64,000 bases of DNA from Solirubrobacterales bacterium (GTDB lineage: Bacteria > Actinomycetota > Thermoleophilia > Solirubrobacterales > Thermoleophilaceae), in contig JBBRYL010000001.1 in the NCBI GenBank assembly GCA_038237685.1, positions 38,189 to 102,188 on the forward strand, in the 5' to 3' direction. This document shows positions 19,431 to 27,682 of the stretch, one piece after another. Positions within the stretch are counted from its first letter, which is position 1; every line of letters starts with the position of its first letter. The position numbers and the translations under genes are program-made. The notes under the pieces were generated by a model. That model did no database searches. It saw nothing but the letters and a program-made list of their open reading frames with translations, and was not told the origin of the DNA.

Positions 19431-20356
19431 TGGACCCTGCCCTCGCGGGGTTCGGGCTCGGTGTCGGGGTGTTGGTCGGAATGACCGGCATCGGTGGCGG
19501 ATCACTGATGACCCCACTGCTCATCCTGGTATTCGGCATCAAGCCGGTGACGGCGGTGGGCACCGACCTCGCCTACGGGGCGGTCACCAAGACCGTCGGC
19601 GGGCTGAAGCACTTCCGCCAGAAGACCGTCGACCTCCCGTTGTCCCTCTGGATGGGGGTCGGCTCGGTGCCCTCGGCCATCGGGGGCGTCTACGTGCTCG
19701 GCGCGATCGAGCGCTCGTACGGCGACGCGTTCGACAGCGTCCTGCTGCTCGCCCTCGCGGTCACCCTGCTGTTCTGCGGGATCATGACGCTGGCGCGCGC
19801 GCTGTTCCTCAAGCGCATCGCCGGACGCGAACGCGACAGCGTCGAGATGGGGCACTCGGAGAAGGTGCGGGCCGTGTTCCTCGGTGTCGTGGTCGGCTTC
19901 GTGCTCGGAGTCACCTCAGCAGGGAGCGGGGCCTTGATCGCGGTCGGACTGATCATGGCGTTCCGCCTGGTGCCGCAACGCGTGGTGGGCACCGACGTGT
20001 TTCACGCAGCCATCCTGCTGTGGGCCGCTGCGCTCGCCCACGTCGTGGCGGGAAACGTGGACTTCGTGCTGGCGGGCAACATCCTGCTGGGCTCCGTGCC
20101 GGGCGTGTGGGTGGGCAGCCACCTGTCGGTGCGGATACCGGTGGCCACACTGCGGACGGTCCTCGCGGTGGTGTTGATCGGATCGGGGCTAGGACTGCTC
20201 ACCAAAGCGGGCGTGGGCGTGCCAGGTGAGGTGCTGGCGGTCTTTCCCGTGACCGTCGGGCTCCTGCTGATCGCCCAGGCGGTGTTCAGGCGCGGACGCT
20301 CTGGCGGAGCGGAAGCGATCGGCGGGCAGCGCTCGCCGTCGCCGTCGCGACCGTAG
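19430..20356 (+). CDS. TauE/SafE (TSUP) family anion permease
   Basis: The ATG overlaps the cysN stop (TGATG). About 8 TM helices with the typical GIGGG motif (MTGIGGGSL). Confidence 0.85.
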   Translation: MDPALAGFGLGVGVLVGMTGIGGGSLMTPLLILVFGIKPVTAVGTDLAYGAVTKTVGGLKHFRQKTVDLPLSLWMGVGSVPSAIGGVYVLGAIERSYGDAFDSVLLLALAVTLLFCGIMTLARALFLKRIAGRERDSVEMGHSEKVRAVFLGVVVGFVLGVTSAGSGALIAVGLIMAFRLVPQRVVGTDVFHAAILLWAAALAHVVAGNVDFVLAGNILLGSVPGVWVGSHLSVRIPVATLRTVLAVVLIGSGLGLLTKAGVGVPGEVLAVFPVTVGLLLIAQAVFRRGRSGGAEAIGGQRSPSPSRP

Positions 20357-20386
20357 CGTCACCGGCGACACCGCTGTATGACTTCG

Positions 20387-21724
20387 TCAGGTCAGCCGCG
20401 AGCCGGATTCGATCTCGGTGGGCCCCACGATCTCGACCGCACCCGTGACGGTGACGTCGGCGCCGAAGGTCACGTCACCGCGCACCACGAGCCGCTCGGC
20501 CCCGAGCAGCGATGGCGGCCCTTCGGGGAAGCGCTCCTCGAAGTCCGGCAGGAGCTTGAAGTAGTCGGGGTCGAGATCGACACGGGGCTGGGCGTCCCGC
20601 CCTCCCGCGAGGATCACGCGGCAGTCATCGGTGACCTCGTAGCAGTCGGAGCGCAGCACCAGCAGATCGTTGGTGGTCTTGACCGGTGCGAACCGCTCGC
20701 GCCCGACCTCGATCGCCTGGGCACCCTCGAAGACGCCGATGGCGGCGCCCATCGCCGTCTCGATCTGGACCACTTCGGGCGACTTGGGGTCGGCCGGGTC
20801 GACCGTCTTGTGGTTGACGATCAACGGCAGCGGGAGCGCGCCGCCCTCGGCCTCGAGCTTGTCGGCCAGTGCCCGCAGGTCGATCCACAGCGAGTTGGTA
20901 TTGAAGAAGCCGTGGCGGGTGATGTCCTGAAAGGCCTCCTCGTCATCGTCGGCGGTCTGGGCCGACTCACGCAGCACCAGCTGTCCGTCCTCACGCCGGC
21001 GAGCGATGTGGCCACCCTTGCGGTCGTTCTCACCGCGACGCGACACCTCCATCACGAACGGAAGCCGCTCAGCCCGGAACCAGCTGAGAATCCGCGGGTC
21101 GAGCACCGCGCCGAGATTGTCGGAGTTCGACACAAAGGCGGTCTCGTACCCCTGCTCGAGCAGCTGATCGAGCAGCCCGGAGGCCACCAGCGCCGGGTAG
21201 ATGTCGCCGTGCCCCGGCGGGCACCACTCGAGGTCGCGATCGGCCTCCCAGCTGACCGGCTCGAGCGAGTCGGCCTCGAGCTTGGGCTCCTTGTTCTGGA
21301 CGAAGTCGGGAGGCAGATCGCCCCTCAGGTCCGGGTAGTTCTCGAGCACTGCCAGCGAGTCGTCGCGGGTGCGGAAGCTGTCCATGAGCAGCAGCGGCAC
21401 ACCCGATCGCTGCGCCTGGCGAGCGATCAGGTCGAGAAACGTAAGCCCCGGCTTGACCTCGACCAGCGATTTGGCCTTGGTCATGCCCATACTGGTCCCC
21501 AGGCCGCCGTTGAGCTTTAAGATCACCGCCTTCTCGAGGTCGGCGGGATCCCCCTCGGCCAGATCGCTTGCGGCCGGCACATCGTCGACGGGCTCGATGT
21601 CTGCCTCGGCGAGCATGCCCGTGTCCCCGGCGTCGAACGCCTCGTAGGCGTGGGTGAACGCGGCGATCGCGGCATCGTGGACGCCGGCGTTGCGCATCTT
21701 GTCGGTGCTGCTCTCGAGAGCCAT
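20387..21724 (-). CDS. UTP--glucose-1-phosphate uridylyltransferase, UDPGP (eukaryote-like) family
   Basis: UDPGP signature LKLNGGLGTSMG. 445 aa. Confidence 0.85.
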   Translation of the reverse strand: MALESSTDKMRNAGVHDAAIAAFTHAYEAFDAGDTGMLAEADIEPVDDVPAASDLAEGDPADLEKAVILKLNGGLGTSMGMTKAKSLVEVKPGLTFLDLIARQAQRSGVPLLLMDSFRTRDDSLAVLENYPDLRGDLPPDFVQNKEPKLEADSLEPVSWEADRDLEWCPPGHGDIYPALVASGLLDQLLEQGYETAFVSNSDNLGAVLDPRILSWFRAERLPFVMEVSRRGENDRKGGHIARRREDGQLVLRESAQTADDDEEAFQDITRHGFFNTNSLWIDLRALADKLEAEGGALPLPLIVNHKTVDPADPKSPEVVQIETAMGAAIGVFEGAQAIEVGRERFAPVKTTNDLLVLRSDCYEVTDDCRVILAGGRDAQPRVDLDPDYFKLLPDFEERFPEGPPSLLGAERLVVRGDVTFGADVTVTGAVEIVGPTEIESGSRLT

Positions 21725-21764
21725 AGAAGGATCCTATGAGCGCCCGATGTAATCTCCCCGCCGC

Positions 21765-23543
21765 ATGTTCTCCAAGGTCCTGGTCGCAAACCGCGGCGAA
21801 ATCGCCATCCGTGTCATGAGAACGCTCGAGGAGCTGGGCGTCGACTCCGTGGCGGTCTACTCCGAGCCCGATCGCGAGGCTCCGCACGTCCGGCGCGCCG
21901 ACGAGGCCTACCTCCTCGGTGGCGGCCCGGCGGCCGAGAGCTACCTCAACGTGGACAAGATCATCGAGGTGGCCAAGCAGGCCGGGGCCGAGGCGATCCA
22001 TCCCGGGTACGGCTTCCTGGCCGAGAACGCCGCGTTCGTCCGAGCTTGCGACGACGCCGGAATCGTGTTCATCGGCCCACCGGCCGACGCGATCGACGCG
22101 ATGGGCTCGAAGACCAAGGCCCGCGAGCTGATGAAGGCCGCCGGGGTGCCGATCGTGCCCGGCACCACCGACCCCGTGGACACGGTCGAGGACGCCAGGA
22201 AGATCATCGACGATTCGATCGGCTACCCGGTGGCGATCAAGGCCGCCGGAGGCGGCGGCGGCAAGGGCTTCCGCGTCGCGCTCGAGGAGAAAGAGCTCGA
22301 AGGTGCCTTCGAGGGCGCCGCTCGCGAAGGCGAGAAGTTCTTCTCCGACGCCACGGTGTACATCGAGCGCTACCTGCCCGACCCCCGCCACGTCGAGGTC
22401 CAGGTGCTGGCCGACCGCTCGGGCAACACGGTGCACCTGTTCGAGCGCGACTGCTCGGTGCAGCGCCGCCATCAGAAGCTGATCGAGGAGAGCCCCGCTC
22501 CCGCCGTCTCCCCGGAGCTGCGCGAGCAGATCGGCAGGATCGGCATCGACGCCGCGAAGGCCGTCGGCTACTTCAGCGCCGGCACCATCGAGGGGCTGCT
22601 CCAGGGCGATGAGTACTTCTTCCTCGAGATGAACACCCGTGTGCAGGTCGAGCACTGCGTGACCGAGATGGTCACCGGCATCGACATCGTGCGCGAGCAG
22701 TTGAAGATCGCCGCGGGCGAGGACCTACAGTTCGGCCAGGACGACATCCAGCTGCGCGGCCACGCGATCGAGTGTCGTATCAACGCCGAGACGGCGGCCA
22801 CCAACTTCGCCCCGGCGCCGGGCCAGATCACCCACTACGTGGAACCCAGCGGCCCCGGGGTGCGCGTGGATTCGGGCGCCCGCGAAGGGTATGAGGTGCT
22901 GCCGCTGTATGACCCGATGATCGCCAAGCTGATCGTCTGGGACTCCGACCGCGAAGCCTCGACCCGACGGATGATCCGCGCGCTCAGCGAGTACGAGATC
23001 GGCGGCCTCACCACACTGATTCCCTTCCATACCGCGCTGATGGACACCGACCAGTGGCGCGCCGGCGAGACCTGCCGCGACCTGGTCGAGGACAAGGACT
23101 GGCTGAAGGCGCTGGCCACACCGCTGCCCGAGCCGGCCGACGACGACGAGCCCGACAAGGTCGAGCGCGACTACTCCGTCGAGGTGTCCGGCCGTCGGTT
23201 CGACGTCAAGGTGATCGGCGAGGCGTTCGCGGGCGGGGGCGCCCCCGCTCCCGCCAACGGCGCGGCGCCCCCAAAGCGCAAGGAACGCAAAAAGGCCGCG
23301 GGCGGCGGCGCGGACCAGATCTCCTCGCCCCTGCAGGGCAACATGTGGAAGGTCGTGGTCGCCAAGGGCGATGACGTCGAAGAGGGCCAGCTGCTGTGCA
23401 TCATCGAGGCGATGAAGATGGAGAACGAGATCACCGCCCACAAGGCGGGCACCATCGCCGAACTGCCAATCACCGAGGGTGAGCCGATCAAGGCGGGCGA
23501 CCCGATCGCCACCATCACCTCCTCGGCGGCCGCCGAGGTTTGA
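21765..23543 (+). CDS. Acyl-CoA carboxylase alpha subunit (biotin carboxylase + BCCP)
   Basis: ATP-grasp biotin carboxylase N-terminus (MFSKVLVANRGEIAIRV) and a C-terminal biotinyl motif EAMKMENE. Confidence 0.9.
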   Translation: MFSKVLVANRGEIAIRVMRTLEELGVDSVAVYSEPDREAPHVRRADEAYLLGGGPAAESYLNVDKIIEVAKQAGAEAIHPGYGFLAENAAFVRACDDAGIVFIGPPADAIDAMGSKTKARELMKAAGVPIVPGTTDPVDTVEDARKIIDDSIGYPVAIKAAGGGGGKGFRVALEEKELEGAFEGAAREGEKFFSDATVYIERYLPDPRHVEVQVLADRSGNTVHLFERDCSVQRRHQKLIEESPAPAVSPELREQIGRIGIDAAKAVGYFSAGTIEGLLQGDEYFFLEMNTRVQVEHCVTEMVTGIDIVREQLKIAAGEDLQFGQDDIQLRGHAIECRINAETAATNFAPAPGQITHYVEPSGPGVRVDSGAREGYEVLPLYDPMIAKLIVWDSDREASTRRMIRALSEYEIGGLTTLIPFHTALMDTDQWRAGETCRDLVEDKDWLKALATPLPEPADDDEPDKVERDYSVEVSGRRFDVKVIGEAFAGGGAPAPANGAAPPKRKERKKAAGGGADQISSPLQGNMWKVVVAKGDDVEEGQLLCIIEAMKMENEITAHKAGTIAELPITEGEPIKAGDPIATITSSAAAEV

Positions 23544-23593
23544 GCTACCGCGAGCTCCGTCCTCCGGCGCGGGACATGGGCCATGATCGAGGC

Positions 23594-23851
23594 ATGCTCA
23601 CCGACATGCCAAACATTGGCCCGAAGGTCGCGGCCAAGCTGCAGTCGATCGGCATCGACGCACCTGATGACCTCCGCGGCCGCGACGGCGAGGAGCTGTT
23701 CGAGCAGCTCTGCGCCAAAGACGGCCGCCGCCACGACCCGTGCCTGCTCGACACCTTCGTCGCCGCGGTCGCCTATGCCGACGGGGGCCCCGACCTGCCC
23801 TGGTGGCACTACTCGCGCGAGCGCAAGGCGCGCAAGGCGGTGGCGTCATGA
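23594..23851 (+). CDS. Helix-hairpin-helix protein (Cdd1 / TfoX-C-like)
   Basis: NIGPKVAAKLQSIGIDAPDDL resembles an HhH motif. The start is uncertain (TTG 23540, ATG 23576, 23594 or 23606). The stop overlaps the next ATG. Confidence 0.55.
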   Translation: MLTDMPNIGPKVAAKLQSIGIDAPDDLRGRDGEELFEQLCAKDGRRHDPCLLDTFVAAVAYADGGPDLPWWHYSRERKARKAVAS

Positions 23852-24246
23852 GCGCCCGGCTGGGCTGGGTGATCGTCTACGTGCCCGACGTGCAGGCGGC
23901 CGTGGAGCTCTACGGCCGTGCCTTCGGCCTGGAGCCGCGCTTCGCGATGGAGGGTTTCGCCGAGATGGAGACCGGCGCCACCACGCTCGGCTTCGCCTCC
24001 GACGACACGGCGCGCTCCAATGCCGGCCACGACTTCCATCGACCGGGCCTGGATGAGCCGCCCGGCAACATCGAGATCGCGCTTGTCTTCGACGATGTCG
24101 ACGCCGCGTACGCGCGAGCGGTCGAGGCGGGCTGCGCCGGACTCACGGAGCCCAGCTACAAGCCGCAGGGCCAGACGGTGTCCTACGTGCGCGATCCCTG
24201 GGGCACGCTGGTGGAGGTCTGCTCGCCGGTCGTGCCGCCCGAGTAG
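23848..24246 (+). CDS. VOC family protein (glyoxalase / bleomycin-resistance fold)
   Basis: ATGA overlap with the upstream gene. Typical VOC beta-alpha-beta pattern (LGWVIVYVPDVQAAVELY..., VRDPWGTLVEV). Confidence 0.8.
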   Translation: MSARLGWVIVYVPDVQAAVELYGRAFGLEPRFAMEGFAEMETGATTLGFASDDTARSNAGHDFHRPGLDEPPGNIEIALVFDDVDAAYARAVEAGCAGLTEPSYKPQGQTVSYVRDPWGTLVEVCSPVVPPE

Positions 24247-24605
24247 CTCCTGGCCAGATAGGCCGTGAGCACCACCAAGGCGGCCCCCTCGGCCACGACC
24301 GCGATGACCACCGCGGCGCGCCAGTCGGGCTCTTGGTAACCGAAGATGCCGCCGCCCCTGGCCAGCAGGATCGACACCAGCGATCCCAGACACAACGGGA
24401 TCGAGCCCAGCGCCCCGAGTGCGTTGAGCGTGCGGTCCTTCCACAGCAGCATGACCGTGAGCGCGAAGCCGCCCGCGGCGTTCAGCAGGAACAGCACGCC
24501 GATGGTCTTGACCTCGCTGAGCACGGCGATGTACTGCTGAAAGTGCACGGCGCCCACCACGAACACCAGCGCGGCGGCCACGTACCTCGGGGCGGTGGCG
24601 GTCAC
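24183..24605 (-). CDS. Four-TM membrane protein of unknown function
   Basis: Four hydrophobic helices. 4-nt overlap with the upstream cupredoxin gene. The 3' tail overlaps the convergent VOC gene by 64 nt. Confidence 0.6.
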   Translation of the reverse strand: MTATAPRYVAAALVFVVGAVHFQQYIAVLSEVKTIGVLFLLNAAGGFALTVMLLWKDRTLNALGALGSIPLCLGSLVSILLARGGGIFGYQEPDWRAAVVIAVVAEGAALVVLTAYLARSYSGGTTGEQTSTSVPQGSRT

Positions 24606-24985
24606 TGGGTGACCTTGACGTCGCCCGTCATGAACGCGTGGAACTGGCAGTAGTACTTGAAGTCGCCGGCCTTCTTGAACGTGACGACCTTGGTCTGGCC
24701 CTTGGTCAGCTTGCCGGTGTCAAAGGCGCCCGAGGTCTTCGAGGTGGCCGTATGGGGCGCGGTGTCCTGGTTGGTGAACGCGACCTTGGTGCCAACCTTC
24801 ACGGTGAAGTTCGGAGGCTTGAACTTGAAGTTGGCGATGTCGACCTTGCCGCCCTTGAGGGTCGCGCCGCCGCCGGACTTGGCCTGGGAGCTGCCCGACT
24901 TCGAACCGCCGCCACCGGCGAGGAGAAGGGCTGCTGCTCCGACGACGATCGCCACGACCGTGGCGGCTATGAGTCCGTTGCGCAT
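24602..24985 (-). CDS. Cupredoxin (amicyanin/plastocyanin-like blue copper protein), membrane-anchored or secreted
   Basis: N-terminal hydrophobic anchor. Type-1 Cu ligands H (DTAPHTA) and C-x2-H-x2-M (YYCQFHAFM). Confidence 0.8.
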   Translation of the reverse strand: MRNGLIAATVVAIVVGAAALLLAGGGGSKSGSSQAKSGGGATLKGGKVDIANFKFKPPNFTVKVGTKVAFTNQDTAPHTATSKTSGAFDTGKLTKGQTKVVTFKKAGDFKYYCQFHAFMTGDVKVTQ

Positions 24986-25018
24986 TACGGGGTGTTCGGG
25001 GCCCGGTGGGCGCGCGGA

Positions 25019-25165
25019 TCATCGACCCAAGTGAGTGTCCACCGGTCGCCGCGGCACCAGGGACGACTGCACGATCGAAGTCGTAGTCGCGCCGTAGGCC
25101 ATGAACAGGTCGATCACCAGTAGGGCGAGAGCCGCACACAGGACGAGCGCGAAGCATCGGCCCAT
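25019..25165 (-). CDS. Candidate 48-aa single-TM protein upstream of the cupredoxin gene
   Basis: MGRCFALVLCAALALLVIDLFMAY..., preceded by a purine-rich AGAGGGG. No homology evidence. Confidence 0.3.
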   Translation of the reverse strand: MGRCFALVLCAALALLVIDLFMAYGATTTSIVQSSLVPRRPVDTHLGR

Positions 25166-25230
25166 GAGCCCCTCTTGTGGCACCGCGACCACATCCGCCC
25201 ACCTACGCGCCAAAGGCCGCAGGCGCCAAT

Positions 25231-26793
25231 TCAGGGCCGCAGTCCGCGTCCCTTGGGCCCCTGCCCCAGTTCTTGAGCCACGAGCTCGTGCGCCCGTACC
25301 GCCCAGTCGCACAGCAGCCGGCGCGTGTCGCGCGGGTCGATGATCTCCTCGACCATGAACTTCTCCGCGGTGCGAAACGGCGACCGGACGGCGTTCAGGC
25401 GGTCCTCGATGTCCTGGCGGAGGGCGCCGGGATCGTCGGCCGCCTCGAGGTCTCGCCGGTAGGCCGCCTCGATGCCGCCCTCGATGGGGAGCGACCCCCA
25501 GTCGCCCGACGGCCAGGCGTAGCGCAGGTTCAGCGCCGAGTGGTTGCCGTGCGCGGCCCCGGCCACACCGAAGACCTTGCGGACGAGCACCGCGGCCGTG
25601 GGCACCGATGCCTGGTAGATGGCCACCATCGCGCGAGTGCCGTGGCGGATGGTGCCGCGCCGCTCGGATTCCGTGCCGATCACGAAGCCGGGCTGGTCGA
25701 CCATGTTCACCAGCGGCAGGCGGAACTGGTCGCACAGGTCGACGAAACGGGTGGCCTTCTCGGAGGCGTCGGCGGTCAGGCCGCCGCCGTAGTGCTTGGG
25801 GTCCGATGCCATCACTCCGACCGGCCGGCCGTCCAGCCGCGCCAGCCCGGTGATCAGCGAGCGGCCGTAAAAGCGGCCCATATCGAACACGCTGTCGCGG
25901 TCGAACACCAGCTCGAGGATGCGCCGCGCGTCGTAGGGCTTTCGCCGATCGCGTGGCACGATTGCCAGCAGTTCCTCCTCGCGGCGGTCGACGGCATCGG
26001 CACTGGCGACGATCGGCGCTGCCTCCCACACGCTCGTGGGCAGGTAGGAGAGGAAACGCTTGATCTGCGCGAGGGCGTCGTCGTCGTCGGCGGCGATGTT
26101 GTCGACCGCCCCGGCCTTGGCCTGCGCACGCGCGCCGCCGAGCTCCTCCTTGTCGGGTGTCTCGCCCATGGCGGCGGCCACGACGGGCGGGCCGGCCACG
26201 AACAGCTGGGCGGTGCCCTTGACGATCACCGAGAAGTGCGAGGCCACCACGCGCGCGGCGCCAAGTCCCGCAACCGGTCCCATCGCGGCGGTGGCCACCG
26301 GCACGCGCGAGAGGTTGGCCGCCGTCAGCTCGAAGCCCGGCACGAACGGGACGTAGGTGAAGCCCATCGTCTCCAGCGACTTGACGCTGCCACCACCCCC
26401 GGTGCCGTCGACCAGCCGGACCAGCGGGAGCCGGAGGTCGTGGGCCATGCGCTCGGCGTAGACCATCTTCTGCCAGATGGCGGCATCCGCGGCGCCGCCG
26501 CGGACGGTGAAGTCGTCGCCCTGCACGACCGCGCGCCGGCCGTCGATCCGGCCCTGGCCGACAACCATGTTGGCGGGCAGGAAGTCGGTCAGCTCACCGT
26601 GCTCGTCATAAGTGGCGGCGCCGGCAAGCTCGCCGGTCTCGTGGAAGCTGCCGTCGTCGAACAGCCGGTCCAAACGCTCACGGACGTTCAGCCGACCGCT
26701 CGCGTGCTGACGCGCGACGCGCTCGGTGCCACCCATCCGGTGGGCCAGCTCGCGCCGCCGGCGCAGCTCTTCGAGCTCGGGGTCCCAGGACAT
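25231..26793 (-). CDS. Acyl-CoA carboxylase carboxyltransferase subunit (second paralogue)
   Basis: Full-length carboxyl-transferase-domain protein (RIDGRRAVVQGDDFTVRGGA..., VLVRKVFGVAGAAH). Confidence 0.9.
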   Translation of the reverse strand: MSWDPELEELRRRRELAHRMGGTERVARQHASGRLNVRERLDRLFDDGSFHETGELAGAATYDEHGELTDFLPANMVVGQGRIDGRRAVVQGDDFTVRGGAADAAIWQKMVYAERMAHDLRLPLVRLVDGTGGGGSVKSLETMGFTYVPFVPGFELTAANLSRVPVATAAMGPVAGLGAARVVASHFSVIVKGTAQLFVAGPPVVAAAMGETPDKEELGGARAQAKAGAVDNIAADDDDALAQIKRFLSYLPTSVWEAAPIVASADAVDRREEELLAIVPRDRRKPYDARRILELVFDRDSVFDMGRFYGRSLITGLARLDGRPVGVMASDPKHYGGGLTADASEKATRFVDLCDQFRLPLVNMVDQPGFVIGTESERRGTIRHGTRAMVAIYQASVPTAAVLVRKVFGVAGAAHGNHSALNLRYAWPSGDWGSLPIEGGIEAAYRRDLEAADDPGALRQDIEDRLNAVRSPFRTAEKFMVEEIIDPRDTRRLLCDWAVRAHELVAQELGQGPKGRGLRP

Positions 26794-26912
26794 GCCGCGC
26801 TGACGCTACCGAGGAGCGCAGCCCGGGCGCCGGATAGGCGCGCACCGTAGAGCCCCCTGCCGGAGGAGCGCCGGCCGGGCGAGCAACGTAGGGCCCCATT
26901 ACGATCGCCGGC

Positions 26913-27407
26913 ATGACGAGTGAGAGCGGCACAGCCCGCGTATGGCAGGCAGGGCCCGAGGAGGCGGAGGCGGTCGCGCGGCTGATCGTCGCCTTCCGCG
27001 ACCACAACGGGCGCGACTGGCCGTCTGACAACGCCATGCTCGCAGGGGTCGAAAGGCTGATCGAGCGTCCGGAGACCGTCTATCTCTTGGCGGCCCCGGA
27101 TGCGGACTCGGCGCCCGCCGGCGTCTGCCAGCTGCGCTTTCGCCACTCCCTGTGGACCGCGGCGCTTGACTGCTGGCTCGAGGATCTCTACGTCGCTCCG
27201 GAGGCACGCCGGCGCGGAGTTGGTGACGCGCTGGTGGCATTCGTCCTGGAGATCGCGACCGGCCGCGGGGCGCGCCGGGTCGAGCTGGACACCAGCGAGG
27301 ACAACACCAGCGCGCGGGCGCTGTATGAAAGCCACGGCTTCTCCGACCACTCCAAGGGCGGCGGTCGCGACCTGCTGCTCGGCGTCCTCCTGCCCGAGCC
27401 GGAATAG
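26913..27407 (+). CDS. GNAT family N-acetyltransferase
   Basis: Acetyl-CoA motif A: LYVAPEARRRGVGDALV...ALYESHGF. Confidence 0.85.
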   Translation: MTSESGTARVWQAGPEEAEAVARLIVAFRDHNGRDWPSDNAMLAGVERLIERPETVYLLAAPDADSAPAGVCQLRFRHSLWTAALDCWLEDLYVAPEARRRGVGDALVAFVLEIATGRGARRVELDTSEDNTSARALYESHGFSDHSKGGGRDLLLGVLLPEPE

Positions 27408-27423
27408 AGCCTTGCTGCGGTAG

Positions 27424-27627
27424 CTACTGCACCCACCGCTTGAAGACGAGCATATGGCCGTCCTTCTCGCGGTGGAGGTTCACATCGAGGAACACCGTCG
27501 CGAGCTCCCAGCCGTCTTCGCCGAGCTCGTTCATCGAGGCCTGTAGCTCCTCGCGATTCAGCTCGTCGGACTGGCGGCCCATGAAGCCGTGCGTGATCAC
27601 GCTGGTGGTGTATTCCCACTTGGCCAT
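27424..27627 (-). CDS. DUF4177-like small protein
   Basis: 67 aa; MAKWEYTT...LGEDGWELATV... matches my recollection of DUF4177. Confidence 0.7.
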   Translation of the reverse strand: MAKWEYTTSVITHGFMGRQSDELNREELQASMNELGEDGWELATVFLDVNLHREKDGHMLVFKRWVQ

Positions 27628-27644
27628 AGACGCGGCAGTATGTC

Positions 27645-27673
27645 ACGCATCAGTGCGTTACGCATAGCTGCGT
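27645..27673. promoter_or_regulatory. Dual palindromic operator (ACGCA-N4-TGCGT, two copies) upstream of the DUF4177 gene
   Basis: ACGCATCAGTGCGT T ACGCATAGCTGCGT, 18-46 nt upstream of the ATG at 27627, in locally AT-richer DNA. Confidence 0.6.
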
Positions 27674-27682
27674 AACGTTTTC

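Noticed and set aside
24183-24246. 64-nt convergent overlap between the VOC gene and the four-TM gene, considered as a sign of mis-annotation or antisense regulation.
   Set aside because: Both stops are fixed by the sequence. The overlapping tail of the membrane protein is a hydrophilic extension, most simply explained by the lack of a stop codon in GC-rich antisense DNA. It is noted but not treated as functional.
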